Source: Thermoplasmatales archaeon
GTDB lineage: Archaea; Thermoplasmatota; Thermoplasmata; Thermoplasmatales; GCA-001856825
DNA: 64,000 bases
Reading direction: 5' to 3'
Assembly: GCA_026127935.1 (NCBI GenBank)
Contig: JAJSLL010000008.1
Span: 4,550 to 68,549, forward strand
Shown in pieces: positions 36,736-45,814 of this stretch. A program made the position numbers and the translations under genes. The stretch's first letter is position 1. Every line of letters begins with the position of its first letter. The notes under the pieces are model-generated. The model ran no database searches and was not told where the DNA came from. It was given only the letters and a program-made list of their open reading frames with translations.

Positions 36736-37167
36736 ATTAGAATAATTGACGGAAGCAATCTGGTACTTGGAAGGGCCTCTTCCTACCTTGCAAAGGAACT
36801 CCTGACAAAGCAAGATGAAATTGTAATAGTGAACGCAGAGAAGGCAGTGGTCTCGGGCCGGAAAAGGTTCACCATTGAGCACTACAAGATGGAAAGAGAC
36901 GTGGGATCTGTCAGAAAGGGGCCAAGGTTCCCCAAGGAGGCGGACCGAATATTCAGGAGGACGGTTAGAGGAATGTTACCAATGAAGAGTTCGAAAGGGA
37001 TATCGGCATTCAAGAGACTCAATGTCTATATCGGGGTACCCAAAGAGTTCACCGGTAAAGAAATTGAAAAATTGGAAGGATTTCAAAACAAACACGTTGC
37101 GAATGTCATAACGCTGTATGATGTTTGCAAAGAATTGGGATCAAAAGTGATTGTAGATGGTAATTGA
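36736..37167 (+). CDS. rpl13: 50S ribosomal protein L13 (start codon unresolved)
   Basis: L13 homology (..[39 protein letters not shown]..) begins about 90 nt upstream of the GTG chosen by the ORF track. That upstream stretch has no in-frame ATG, GTG or TTG. Confidence 0.85.
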   Translation: MRIIDGSNLVLGRASSYLAKELLTKQDEIVIVNAEKAVVSGRKRFTIEHYKMERDVGSVRKGPRFPKEADRIFRRTVRGMLPMKSSKGISAFKRLNVYIGVPKEFTGKEIEKLEGFQNKHVANVITLYDVCKELGSKVIVDGN

Positions 37168-37552
37168 GACAAGCGGGGCCAGGAAGACGGCCGTTGCACG
37201 TGCAACAATCAAAGAAGGAAAGGGAAGGATAAGGATAAACGGGGTTCCGGTCGAGATATACCAACCTGAACTTGCCAAACTCAAGATGATGGAACCTGTC
37301 ATGCTTGTTGGAGACAAGATTTCCAAGGTCGATATTGCAGTAAATATGAGAGGCGGAGGAGTGATAGGTCAGGCTGAAGCGGCCAGAACGGCCATCTCCA
37401 GAGCGCTGGTCGATTTCTTCAAAGACCAGGAGCTTGAAAAGATTTTCAAGGATTATGATAGGAGTCTGCTCGTAAGTGATGTGAGAAGGAAACTCCCGAA
37501 GAAGCCTGGAGGAAGCGGGGCCAGGAAGAAGAAACAGAAGTCTTACAGGTGA
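37157..37552 (+). CDS. rps9: 30S ribosomal protein S9
   Basis: '..[10 protein letters not shown].. ..GGG..GQA.A.R.AI.RAL..' and a C-terminal KKxxKSYR. Confidence 0.9.
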   Translation: MVIETSGARKTAVARATIKEGKGRIRINGVPVEIYQPELAKLKMMEPVMLVGDKISKVDIAVNMRGGGVIGQAEAARTAISRALVDFFKDQELEKIFKDYDRSLLVSDVRRKLPKKPGGSGARKKKQKSYR

Positions 37553-37556
37553 AAAA

Positions 37557-37778
37557 ATGATTATTCCTGTCAGGTGTTTCAGCTGTGGAAGGGTCATCGG
37601 ATCCGATTATGTTCGATTCTCGAACAAGGTGGAGGAAATTAGGAAATCAAAGAACAGGGAAGCGAATTCTGAAGAGATTTCCGGCATCCTGGACGATCTG
37701 AATGTTACACGATACTGTTGTAGAAGAATGATCCTTTCTAACGCGGAGCTCTTAGAAGAAATTTTACCATTTGACTGA
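37557..37778 (+). CDS. rpoN: DNA-directed RNA polymerase subunit N (Rpo10)
   Basis: MIIPVRCFSCG..RYCCRRM zinc-binding signature. Confidence 0.9.
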   Translation: MIIPVRCFSCGRVIGSDYVRFSNKVEEIRKSKNREANSEEISGILDDLNVTRYCCRRMILSNAELLEEILPFD

Positions 37779-37779
37779 A

Positions 37780-37854
37780 GGGGCCATAGGGTAGATTGGA
37801 CCATCCTACCAGCTTGGGGTGTTGGTGACCCGAGTTCAAATCTCGGTGGCCCCA
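37780..37854 (+). tRNA. tRNA-Pro (anticodon GGG)
   Basis: Acceptor GGGGCCA/TGGCCCC, anticodon arm CCAGC-TTGGGGT-GTTGG, T arm CGAGTTCAAATCTCG. Starts 1 nt after the rpoN stop. Confidence 0.9.
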
Positions 37855-37892
37855 TCTAATTCAACACCACTTATTTCACATTTTTTGTCCCG

Positions 37893-38702
37893 TTATAATC
37901 CATACAACTGATACTCTGTCACTTTCTTGAATCCCATATGCTCGTAAAGTGGATGCCCCATTTCTGTAGCTTCTAAACAACTCGTGACGCACCCTTCTTT
38001 AGCTCCATCCATTATAGCTCTCCACGTCATTGCTTCTGCATATCCACGTCTTCGGAATTCCTTCACCGTCCCGACAAAGTAGATACCTGCTAGATTTCCT
38101 GTCTTGTAACGAAGTGAGGTTGCAACCGGGGTTTTACCGAAAAGACCTATGTAAAGGGTTGCCCCAGGTATGGAGGAACTAATTTTATCCAGTGGAATGT
38201 TCATATCTTCACCATCGTCAGGAAACAATCCGTGTCCGAAGCTCAGACTACTGACTTCCAAAAACATTTCGAGATCCTTCAAAGAACTCACTTCCCTGAT
38301 ATTCAGCTCGGTTGAAGATTCGGGAGTCTTGTCTGGTAACGGATCCAAAATCATTCCCGGACTGACCTCTTGAAGGTTCAATTTCATCTCTTCTATCAGG
38401 GGTTTAAGATCTTCCACAATATTCGGCAAGGTTATGAGCCGCCAGGGCAGTCCAGAAGTGACATATTGTTCTTTTATTCGATCTATCAGCTTTTCGATAT
38501 TTACCGGTTTGTCAAAAGCAAAAACACTGTTGTATTCTGGAGAGGGAAGACCGGAATTGATCAATGAAACGCCTTCGAAATTTTCAACAGTCCCTCCAGG
38601 TATAATCGAAGAGAAAGAACTCAGCAACGACTCCCAATTTTCGGTGCACAAAATCTCTAGCTTGGACCTGACGAGCATGTTATATCCAGACTCGAATCTC
38701 AT
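37893..38702 (-). CDS. GNAT family N-acetyltransferase (two-lobed, about 270 aa)
   Basis: C-terminal acetyl-CoA motif ..VKEFRRRGYAEAM... I chose the ATG at 38702. The longer track ORF adds an implausible hydrophobic leader. Confidence 0.7.
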   Translation of the reverse strand: MRFESGYNMLVRSKLEILCTENWESLLSSFSSIIPGGTVENFEGVSLINSGLPSPEYNSVFAFDKPVNIEKLIDRIKEQYVTSGLPWRLITLPNIVEDLKPLIEEMKLNLQEVSPGMILDPLPDKTPESSTELNIREVSSLKDLEMFLEVSSLSFGHGLFPDDGEDMNIPLDKISSSIPGATLYIGLFGKTPVATSLRYKTGNLAGIYFVGTVKEFRRRGYAEAMTWRAIMDGAKEGCVTSCLEATEMGHPLYEHMGFKKVTEYQLYGL

Positions 38703-38855
38703 ACGGTGGTTAATCGTTTTCGGACCACATCGCCCCATTGTGACAATAGAGGCAGATTGATCTATTTTAATGATCAGCAACCAGACTAATATTTTCGCGG
38801 ATGAAATTTTATGAAATATAAATATTGCCAGAAATAGGATAAACATGCAATATAA

Positions 38856-39365
38856 TTCAAAAATAGAAGCAGAAGCTATCAACTGGAAGTGGACCTTTTG
38901 ACCAGAGTCACGAGGAATGATGCCGACATTTTCTTGAAAATGCTTGATTCAATGTCCACTCAGCATATGCACGAGGCAATGAATTGAATCAGCAAGGATT
39001 TCTCTGCCAAAGATTATTCGGAATTCAAGAATAAATATCCTTAGGGGGTAGCCTAGGCAATAACAATGTTATGGCCATTCTAGTCAATTTCGAGACGCAC
39101 GGGGGTTCTGGTTAGCCACGAACTGTTGAACGAAGATCTCTACTTTGATTTCATTGGTATCGGATTCATCTGGCCAAGGCTAGAGAAGATCGTCGCAGGG
39201 ATGAGAAAAGAAATGGATGAGTCACTGTTTGAAAATGCCGTTTGGCTTGCAAAGAGACAAAGGGAGTGGAAAAAAGAAGTTGGCGTCCGAGCCTTGCATG
39301 GAAGCTTGATATGGCTTAAGTGCAAAGACACCGAAGAAGAAAAAGTGAACCTCTGTAACCACTAA
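38856..39365 (+). pseudogene. Remnant of a small conserved hypothetical gene, multiply disrupted
   Basis: Coding-like segments sit in three frames: ..IFLKMLDSMSTQHMHEAMN*ISKDFSAKDYSEFKNKYP (TGA at 38985), then ..SLGNNNVMAILVNFETHG, then a shift at the G5 run 39101-39105 into VLVSHELLNEDLYFDFIGIGFIWPRLEKIV... No intact start. Confidence 0.5.
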
Positions 39366-39457
39366 TTACCCAACTTTATCTGATTTCTCTCTGATTGATT
39401 GAGGTGGATGTAAGAATAGTGAAACCTCGATATTTTCTTCGCAAGTAGATAGCAGTA

Positions 39458-40120
39458 TCAAACTCTCAAAACATAAAAGAGCGATATCAAAATCGTAACC
39501 GATAGCAATAGGACTGTTTCTGTCATACCAACTGGACGGAGCCCTTCGGTCTTCAGCGCTATAGGAATTCTAGCTACGGACACTGAAAAAACCAGGAAAA
39601 CTGGATTTAGAATGACCAAGACTACTGGTACCAGATCATAGAGCAAAAGGTACCTTGCACTTGACAGTTTAGCCCTGACAGTAAACTCAGAACCAATCAT
39701 GTAAACGAAGAGCGAACCCATCAAAAGAATTTCCCTGTTTGCGGTAAGTCCGATTGTTTCAACGAAGAGTATCACAAATCCAAGTATGCCTGAAACTGTC
39801 CCGAGATATGACAGTTTCCTGGAGGCAAGAAATATTCTCAAGACATAGGTGAGGAAGAAAATCGCGTACGGTACTATCAGTAGATAATCAATGTAGATAG
39901 ATGCAATGGATGCAGCGACGAGGATAATCATCCAAGCAGTATCAATTTGCGATTTCCACAACCTTTTGAATGGCACATCGTACAGAAACAACCCCATCCA
40001 TATTGGGACCCAGTAGAGAATCGAAATGAAATAGCCCCTTGTCAGTATCGCAAGAACAATGGAAGAACCCCCTAGTATGATAGAGCTGAAGATGTTTCCG
40101 TGTTCAACAGGTCTCCTCAT
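39458..40120 (-). CDS. Integral membrane protein, unknown function (about 7-8 TM segments)
   Basis: 220-aa ORF, hydrophobic almost throughout. No catalytic motif recognised. Confidence 0.5.
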   Translation of the reverse strand: MRRPVEHGNIFSSIILGGSSIVLAILTRGYFISILYWVPIWMGLFLYDVPFKRLWKSQIDTAWMIILVAASIASIYIDYLLIVPYAIFFLTYVLRIFLASRKLSYLGTVSGILGFVILFVETIGLTANREILLMGSLFVYMIGSEFTVRAKLSSARYLLLYDLVPVVLVILNPVFLVFSVSVARIPIALKTEGLRPVGMTETVLLLSVTILISLFYVLRV

Positions 40121-40178
40121 AGATGGAAATAAAATAGGATTAATTAATGATTTAGACTTAGGTGTAGGAAACTGAGTT

Positions 40179-41504
40179 CTATTCGAAATTCACCGCTTCC
40201 AGCAAGTCCCTAGTCGATGACCTGTCGAAATTCTTGCCCAACTCTACTAGTCTCTTCACCCTTTCAGGATCCTTTATGAGCCTGTGCCCCTTGTTTTCCA
40301 GGTCCCTCCAGTCGTAAGGATTCTTGAAGTGCCCTTTCGGAACTGTAACCTCCTTTTGCTGTTCTCCGGCCTTTGTCTTAACAGATATCTTCACAGGAAG
40401 ATATTCCGGGTACATCTCATCATACTCCTTGGTGACTTCAAAGTCCATTGAATCTATCAATTTGAGAATTGACGGGTCGTTAAGGTACTTGGGTTCAAAG
40501 GAAGATGTGTTTGGTTCTCCGTAAACCAGGGTATAAGCAATCATGTAGGGGAGGCTGTGATCCGCTGTCTCTTTTGTCTTAGGTCTGAGCTTTTCTGGGT
40601 CCTTCACAATAATCCTGTGGGCAACGGAGAACGTGTCAACATGAATCTTTGATATTTCTTCGCCATTTAACTGATTCTTGATCCACAACGCAGATTCTAT
40701 CGCGCTCATTGCGTGATATTCGACGGGAAAATTCTTGATCATGGTCCGTACGATCCTGTTCTTCTCCAGATCGACCTTAATGTTGCCGGTAACCTGCTTG
40801 AAAAAGCCCATTTCTCCTTCAAATATTGGAGAAGGACCCGTAAACCCTTCATTTGCAAGCAGAGAAGCAAAGACAGAATTTCTGGACGCATTTGCAGCGG
40901 TACATCCCTTCCACATGCTGAGTTCTCCTGCTCTTGTCTGTCTCATTGAAATGTTGTTGTTGAGTGCAAGGTTGAGGGTATTGATGAATCTTGACTTGTC
41001 GAAGTGATTCAGCACTCCAAGACCTGCCGCCGACGAGATAGATATGTATGTGACGTGATCCCAACCCCTATCTCTGATTGAATATGCATCTGCCAAGGCT
41101 CCGACCACCTGGTAAGCTGTTGCAAGGGCCTTGAGAACATGCATTCCGCTCACGTTTGAAGAGTAGCCATAGCTCAAGAGTGGAGGTACGTTGTCAGACG
41201 GGTGCAGTGCTTCCTTTGAAAGATAGGTATCATTGTAGTCCAGATATCTGGTCATTGAGCCATTAATGTAGGTCGCAACATCAACAGAAGCCTTCCTCTG
41301 ATCGTAGTAGATTGGAGCATCAATCTTTCCCGATGAAGGCAGGAGTGCACGCTTTGATATTTGGACTGCATCCGCATTTCTTGCGCCATAGGAAACAAAC
41401 AACGAATCCACTATTCTTTTTTTGAGTTCCTCAGTTGTTGATTTATCTTTCAGAAGATCATCTATGTGCAGACTGTACTCGTAGATTTGCTCATCTAGAT
41501 TCAA
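40179..41504 (-). CDS. MmgE/PrpD family protein (2-methylcitrate dehydratase-like)
   Basis: Full-length similarity to the PrpD fold (..ALHPSDN.. ..GWDHVTY.. ..ADHSLPY..). TTG start. Confidence 0.85.
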   Translation of the reverse strand: MNLDEQIYEYSLHIDDLLKDKSTTEELKKRIVDSLFVSYGARNADAVQISKRALLPSSGKIDAPIYYDQRKASVDVATYINGSMTRYLDYNDTYLSKEALHPSDNVPPLLSYGYSSNVSGMHVLKALATAYQVVGALADAYSIRDRGWDHVTYISISSAAGLGVLNHFDKSRFINTLNLALNNNISMRQTRAGELSMWKGCTAANASRNSVFASLLANEGFTGPSPIFEGEMGFFKQVTGNIKVDLEKNRIVRTMIKNFPVEYHAMSAIESALWIKNQLNGEEISKIHVDTFSVAHRIIVKDPEKLRPKTKETADHSLPYMIAYTLVYGEPNTSSFEPKYLNDPSILKLIDSMDFEVTKEYDEMYPEYLPVKISVKTKAGEQQKEVTVPKGHFKNPYDWRDLENKGHRLIKDPERVKRLVELGKNFDRSSTRDLLEAVNFE

Positions 41505-41763
41505 GAGATCACCCTACCTGAAAATAATTTCTTCTACTAAACTACTATCTTTGAAGTGGGTAATTAAGAATATTCAAACTCTGTCATCTTTCTGACGCCC
41601 GTTTATTTAAGTTTGATTTTTTTCCTTAAAATTTGCAACCGCCATTCAATATGGTAGTATAACTCAGCCTCTCGACTGAAATACTCAAAGTCAAATCTAG
41701 CCCCAATTATGACGTTAAAATTTTCTATACCGGTACGTTAGGGATTCAGTAAAATGAATAAAA

Positions 41764-42930
41764 ATGAAGTTCTTCCTTGAAAACTATGGCTGCACTCTAA
41801 ACCAAGCACAGGGGGAAATGATAGCCACTTCCCTAATCTCTCAAGGGAACCAGTTGGTGGGAGAGCTTGAGTCTGCGGATTCAGTTTTGATTTCTACTTG
41901 CGTAGTCATAAAACACACTGAAGACAAAATGAAAACCCGAATAGATGAGCTAAAGAGACAGGGGAAGGAAGTAATTGTCTCTGGCTGTTTGACCCATCCT
42001 CAATCTAAAGGTGTTAGAAGAATGGATTTCTCCACATCATATGGGACTCTTCCAATCCTCAAAGAGGGGGACTTGAGCGTCGGGATCCCAATAGCAGAAG
42101 GGTGTGATGGGGGATGTTCGTTTTGCATCTCAAGAATCGCTAGAGGAAGACTCAAGAGCTTTGAAGAGGAAAAGATTCTTTGGAAGATAAACGAAATGGT
42201 TGCGAAGGGAGCCAAGGAAATTCGCTTGACCGCTCTAGATACAGCTTCCTACGGTCAAGACAATTCGAAGACGCTGTCAGATCTAATCGATAAGATCGTC
42301 AGCCTTGAAGGCGATTTCAAAATAAGAATTGGAATGATGGAACCAGAAAATGCCAGCTCTATAATAGATGAATTGATTGAAGTGATGAAATCAGAAAAAG
42401 TGTACCGATTCCTGCATATACCGTTTCAGAGCGGAGATCCGTTGATTCTGAGGAAAATGGGCAGACAATACAAGATAGAGAAATTCTTCGACGTTGTCAG
42501 AAAATTTCGAAATGCCTTCCCTACCGGAATCCTCAGCACAGACGTGATTGTGGGTTTTCCTTATGAATCGGTCGAGGGCCTCAAGGCGACGGCCGATGCT
42601 GTGAAGGAAGTGAGACCTGAAATCCTTAACGTGACCAAGTATTCTCCGAGGCCCGGTACAGCGGCATATGGATGGAAAATACCTCCTACGAACCAAACGG
42701 CTCAATGGAGCCAGATCCTAAATGAGATTCACAGAGATGTTTCTGAGAGATCTCTTAGGAGGTTTGTCGGAAAAGAGACGGAAATCAGACTGATGGAACT
42801 TGGAAAGAATGGCGCCTTCTTGGGAAGAGATCAGGATTATCATCCTGTGATAATTAAGACGGGAAAACTAGGGGAAAAGAAGAGAGTCAAGATTGTGAAT
42901 AGCTCCCAATTTTACCTCATTGCAAAATAA
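41764..42930 (+). CDS. Radical-SAM methylthiotransferase, MiaB/MtaB (CDKAL1-like) family
   Basis: N-terminal UPF0004 Cys triad (NYGC.., STC.., SGC..), radical-SAM CDGGCSFC, and a C-terminal TRAM-like domain. Confidence 0.85.
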   Translation: MKFFLENYGCTLNQAQGEMIATSLISQGNQLVGELESADSVLISTCVVIKHTEDKMKTRIDELKRQGKEVIVSGCLTHPQSKGVRRMDFSTSYGTLPILKEGDLSVGIPIAEGCDGGCSFCISRIARGRLKSFEEEKILWKINEMVAKGAKEIRLTALDTASYGQDNSKTLSDLIDKIVSLEGDFKIRIGMMEPENASSIIDELIEVMKSEKVYRFLHIPFQSGDPLILRKMGRQYKIEKFFDVVRKFRNAFPTGILSTDVIVGFPYESVEGLKATADAVKEVRPEILNVTKYSPRPGTAAYGWKIPPTNQTAQWSQILNEIHRDVSERSLRRFVGKETEIRLMELGKNGAFLGRDQDYHPVIIKTGKLGEKKRVKIVNSSQFYLIAK

Positions 42931-42969
42931 TAAGTAGGAACTGTATAATAACTCGTTTCTCATCCGTAA

Positions 42970-43255
42970 ATGTGCACTACATTTTTTCCACGATGCCGTT
43001 GATAATTTCATCCAGAGGTGTGACCAATTCAGGAGCGTTCACCTGGCACTTGCAAAAGAAAGTGAAGCAAAGGGAGATTTAGTTATGGCAGGTGCATTAA
43101 GTGAACCGGTCTATCGTGCTGTACTTATTTTCACTTCTCGGGAAGCAGCGAAAGAATTTGCTGAGAGTGACCCGTATTACTTGAATGGTCTGGTGAGATC
43201 TTATGTTATCAGGAAATGGAATGCGGTCATCGGACCAGGGGTAGAATCTAAATGA
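42970..43255 (+). pseudogene. YciI-like protein, frame interrupted in a T6 run
   Basis: ATG at 42970 (MCTTFF..) runs into a stop. Skipping one T of 42982-42987 gives a protein of about 95 aa: ..FFHDAVDNFIQRCDQFRSVHLALAKESEAKGDLVMAGAL..AKEFAESDPYYLNGLV..IRKW. The stop overlaps the next gene's ATG (AATGA). Confidence 0.55.
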
Positions 43256-43485
43256 TACAAAAAATCACCGTTCGAAGGGGTAACGATCCGATACAGGAAA
43301 AGGAGGGAGTCCTGATAGTTTCTACAACGGAAAAGAGGGAAAGGAACAAGGCAAATATTGATATTATCAGACAGCTTTCAAAACATTATTCTATTCCACA
43401 ATCCAGCATCAGACTGATTTCCGGAACAACATCTTCCAAGAAGGTAGTCGAAATTTTAGAAGTCAACGAATCTAAAAGCAAGTAG
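43252..43485 (+). CDS. DUF167 / YggU-like (UPF0235) protein
   Basis: '..KEGVLIVSTTEKRERNKANIDIIRQLSKHYSIPQSSIRLISGTTSSKKVVEI' matches the GKAN...G..SR.K pattern. Confidence 0.75.
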   Translation: MIQKITVRRGNDPIQEKEGVLIVSTTEKRERNKANIDIIRQLSKHYSIPQSSIRLISGTTSSKKVVEILEVNESKSK

Positions 43486-43562
43486 ACTTACCAAAACTCG
43501 AAGTGTTCTATCACCCATAAAATTCGGAATGGATTCAATTCTGAAAAGTTTGAGCCTGTTAT

Positions 43563-43994
43563 CTATTCAATGTAAAGTCTAGCCAACGTGAAATGTCTCT
43601 TTGCAAGAAGCATTGCTGTCTTCAGATTCTTTGCTTCCTTCCCTATGGCAGATGCCTTGTAATTCGGATCCACCTTCACATTCACCACATACCCGCTCTC
43701 CCCCGCGGTGATGTTGAGGGAAACCACCTTGTATCGATAGAAAAGGTTCCTGAAAAATTGTTCGGGTTCAGGGGAGTAATCTAGGACGTTCACTCTCTTC
43801 TTCAGACTCTCCTTGATCCTCTCCAGTGCTCTCTTCTTGTCATCGCTGGTGAACAGCTTGTAGGTGCCTCCCTTTTCTAGGACATAGAAGATAACATCGT
43901 CCGTCTCCATGACGTCCTTCACAGGGAGCCCGGTGGCCTTTTCAAAAAGCTGAATCAGGTCCAGGCTTCGTGTATCCAGTGTTATTTCTCCCAA
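43563..43994 (-). CDS. nusA: Archaeal NusA-like termination factor (two KH domains)
   Basis: Size, sequence and conserved position after rpl30e and rpoA''. Confidence 0.85.
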   Translation of the reverse strand: MGEITLDTRSLDLIQLFEKATGLPVKDVMETDDVIFYVLEKGGTYKLFTSDDKKRALERIKESLKKRVNVLDYSPEPEQFFRNLFYRYKVVSLNITAGESGYVVNVKVDPNYKASAIGKEAKNLKTAMLLAKRHFTLARLYIE

Positions 43995-43996
43995 CT

Positions 43997-44272
43997 TTAC
44001 TCATTCTCCCTGAACTGAGAGATACCAGAGTCTATAACACCAACAACGGAAACCGGGAATGGTTTCCCAAAAATATTACCAAGTTGAATAGAGTTTAGTG
44101 GTACGACAAATTTAGGCGACTTGAGTGCATCATATTTTTCCTTCAAATGAGGCTCGTTGGCAAATACTATTGCCTTTATACTTCCCTTCTTTCCTAGCTT
44201 CTCGGTAGCTTTCTCTCCGAGCACGAATTTTCCCGTTTCCTTCAATCTTCCAAGTTCCCAGTTAAAGTCCAT
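43997..44272 (-). CDS. rpl30e: 50S ribosomal protein L30e
   Basis: L30e/L7Ae-fold sequence (..GKFVLGEKATEK...G..KAIVFA..), conserved operon position. Confidence 0.9.
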   Translation of the reverse strand: MDFNWELGRLKETGKFVLGEKATEKLGKKGSIKAIVFANEPHLKEKYDALKSPKFVVPLNSIQLGNIFGKPFPVSVVGVIDSGISQFRENE

Positions 44273-45814
44273 TTACTCTTCTCTCCTGTACGAAAGTTTT
44301 ACTGCACCTGTACCAAGGGTTATTGGTTGTCCCACTATAATATTTTCTGCGACGCCATTGAGCCTCTCTACCTCTCCAATCAGTCCGGCGTTCAGCAGAT
44401 GCTTGCTCGTAATTTCGAACGCTGCTCTTGCTAGAACTGATGCCTTCTTTCCAGAGATCCCATGCCTTCCGATTGCTTCGACGTTTCCTGAAAAAGTCAT
44501 CATGTCAGAAACAAGCATTAGGTGCCTGATGTCGGTATTAAGACCTGCGTTGTGAAGTGTTGAGGTGCTCTCCTCGATGATCGCTTCCCTCGCTGCCTCG
44601 ACCCCTAGTACCTGAGATATCTCTATGATGTCGTTCGTTTTTGTCCTGGTATAATCAACGTCCTTGAGTTCCATCACTCCGGCAAGGTTTGAGCCCTGAG
44701 TATAGATGACCCATTCCTTCGCCTTCTGGTCAAACTTCACTATTGCCCTCTTTATTCCGTCTAGTCCCTTGACCTGGAATGTTTTCAGGTTCTCGTACAG
44801 CTGGTAAATCTTCTTGTACGAGGGTTCTTCCTGAGAGAGTCTGATCTTGTTCTCTTCTTCGGAGATTGCGGTCTTTTGCATCCTAATTTTCTTGAGCTTC
44901 GGCATTATCTCTTCCCGCTTGAGACCCCTCTCCTGCATCTTCTGCTTGTCCAGCAAGATGAGGACATACCCCTCTGTCGTGTTGACTTCTATATCTGCTA
45001 CGTCGAGCAGTGTGGTTGATTCTATGGATCTGGCAAGCGAGACTGCTCTGTCCTCGTCCCCTCTTGCCTTCTCTGTGAGGAAAATGGTCATTGAGGGAGT
45101 GCTCGGAGTCTTTCTTGCATCGACAATCTCGATGAGCCTAGGCAGACCGAGCGTGACATCCATTTCTGCGACACCTGCGAAGTGGAAAGTTCTCATTGTC
45201 ATCTGCGTTCCAGGTTCACCGATGCTCTGGGCCCCCACTATTCCTACGGCCTCATAAGGGTCGACGCTTGTCTCCTTATACTTCTCCAGAGTGGCTTTAA
45301 TCAGTTTTTCAAAGTCATTCTCCCCAATACCATAATGTTTCTTTGCTGCAGTCAGCTGTTCCGCTATTTTCACCGGCAGACTGTTCCCATCCTTCTCTAC
45401 CTGACGGATCAGGCTCTTGACCTCGCTGTTCAGCTTTGCTTCCATGTGATCTGGAAGTTCGATCTTTGCCTCCTCTTTCTTGACAATAACGGCAAATGAG
45501 AACACCTTATCGACTGAGCCCCCGGATACCTCCTCATAGTTAACTATGTCATCCTGTATTTCCTCGATCTTCTCTATCGTGATTAGTGTCTTGAGCTTGT
45601 CTTTCTTCTTTTTTAGAATGTTTTTCTCATTCTGGTACGGAGCAATCTTTGATATCTTTGCCTTTGCAACGAATGTCTTTCCTGTGACTGTTATTAGGGC
45701 CTCTTTTATCGATTTGTCAGCAGGAATCTCATAGTCAAGGCAGTATCCGATAGGGGCCTTTTCTAATATCTCCTTAACCTTCTTGAGTGTGTCCTTCCAT
45801 GCAAGGATTGTCAT
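44273..45814 (-). CDS. rpoA2: DNA-directed RNA polymerase subunit A'' (Rpo1C) with an N-terminal extension of about 120 aa
   Basis: ..[30 protein letters not shown].. trigger-loop region. ATGA overlap with the rpoA' stop. The canonical A'' N-terminus aligns only from about residue 124. Confidence 0.9.
   Translation of the reverse strand: MTILAWKDTLKKVKEILEKAPIGYCLDYEIPADKSIKEALITVTGKTFVAKAKISKIAPYQNEKNILKKKKDKLKTLITIEKIEEIQDDIVNYEEVSGGSVDKVFSFAVIVKKEEAKIELPDHMEAKLNSEVKSLIRQVEKDGNSLPVKIAEQLTAAKKHYGIGENDFEKLIKATLEKYKETSVDPYEAVGIVGAQSIGEPGTQMTMRTFHFAGVAEMDVTLGLPRLIEIVDARKTPSTPSMTIFLTEKARGDEDRAVSLARSIESTTLLDVADIEVNTTEGYVLILLDKQKMQERGLKREEIMPKLKKIRMQKTAISEEENKIRLSQEEPSYKKIYQLYENLKTFQVKGLDGIKRAIVKFDQKAKEWVIYTQGSNLAGVMELKDVDYTRTKTNDIIEISQVLGVEAAREAIIEESTSTLHNAGLNTDIRHLMLVSDMMTFSGNVEAIGRHGISGKKASVLARAAFEITSKHLLNAGLIGEVERLNGVAENIIVGQPITLGTGAVKLSYRREE

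Noticed and set aside
41688-41705. Possible direct repeat of the tRNA-Pro 3' end (an att-like site) bounding an island.
   Set aside because: The match requires a 5-nt gap and a mismatch, and no integrase or other mobile-element gene is present. I kept it only as a weak note inside the synteny finding.
44273-45814. An intein as the explanation for the extra length of RpoA'' (and of Lhr and RpoB).
   Set aside because: No intein splice-junction motifs are present (N-terminal Cys/Ser block, C-terminal HN + Cys/Ser/Thr), and the flanking extein motifs are not interrupted.
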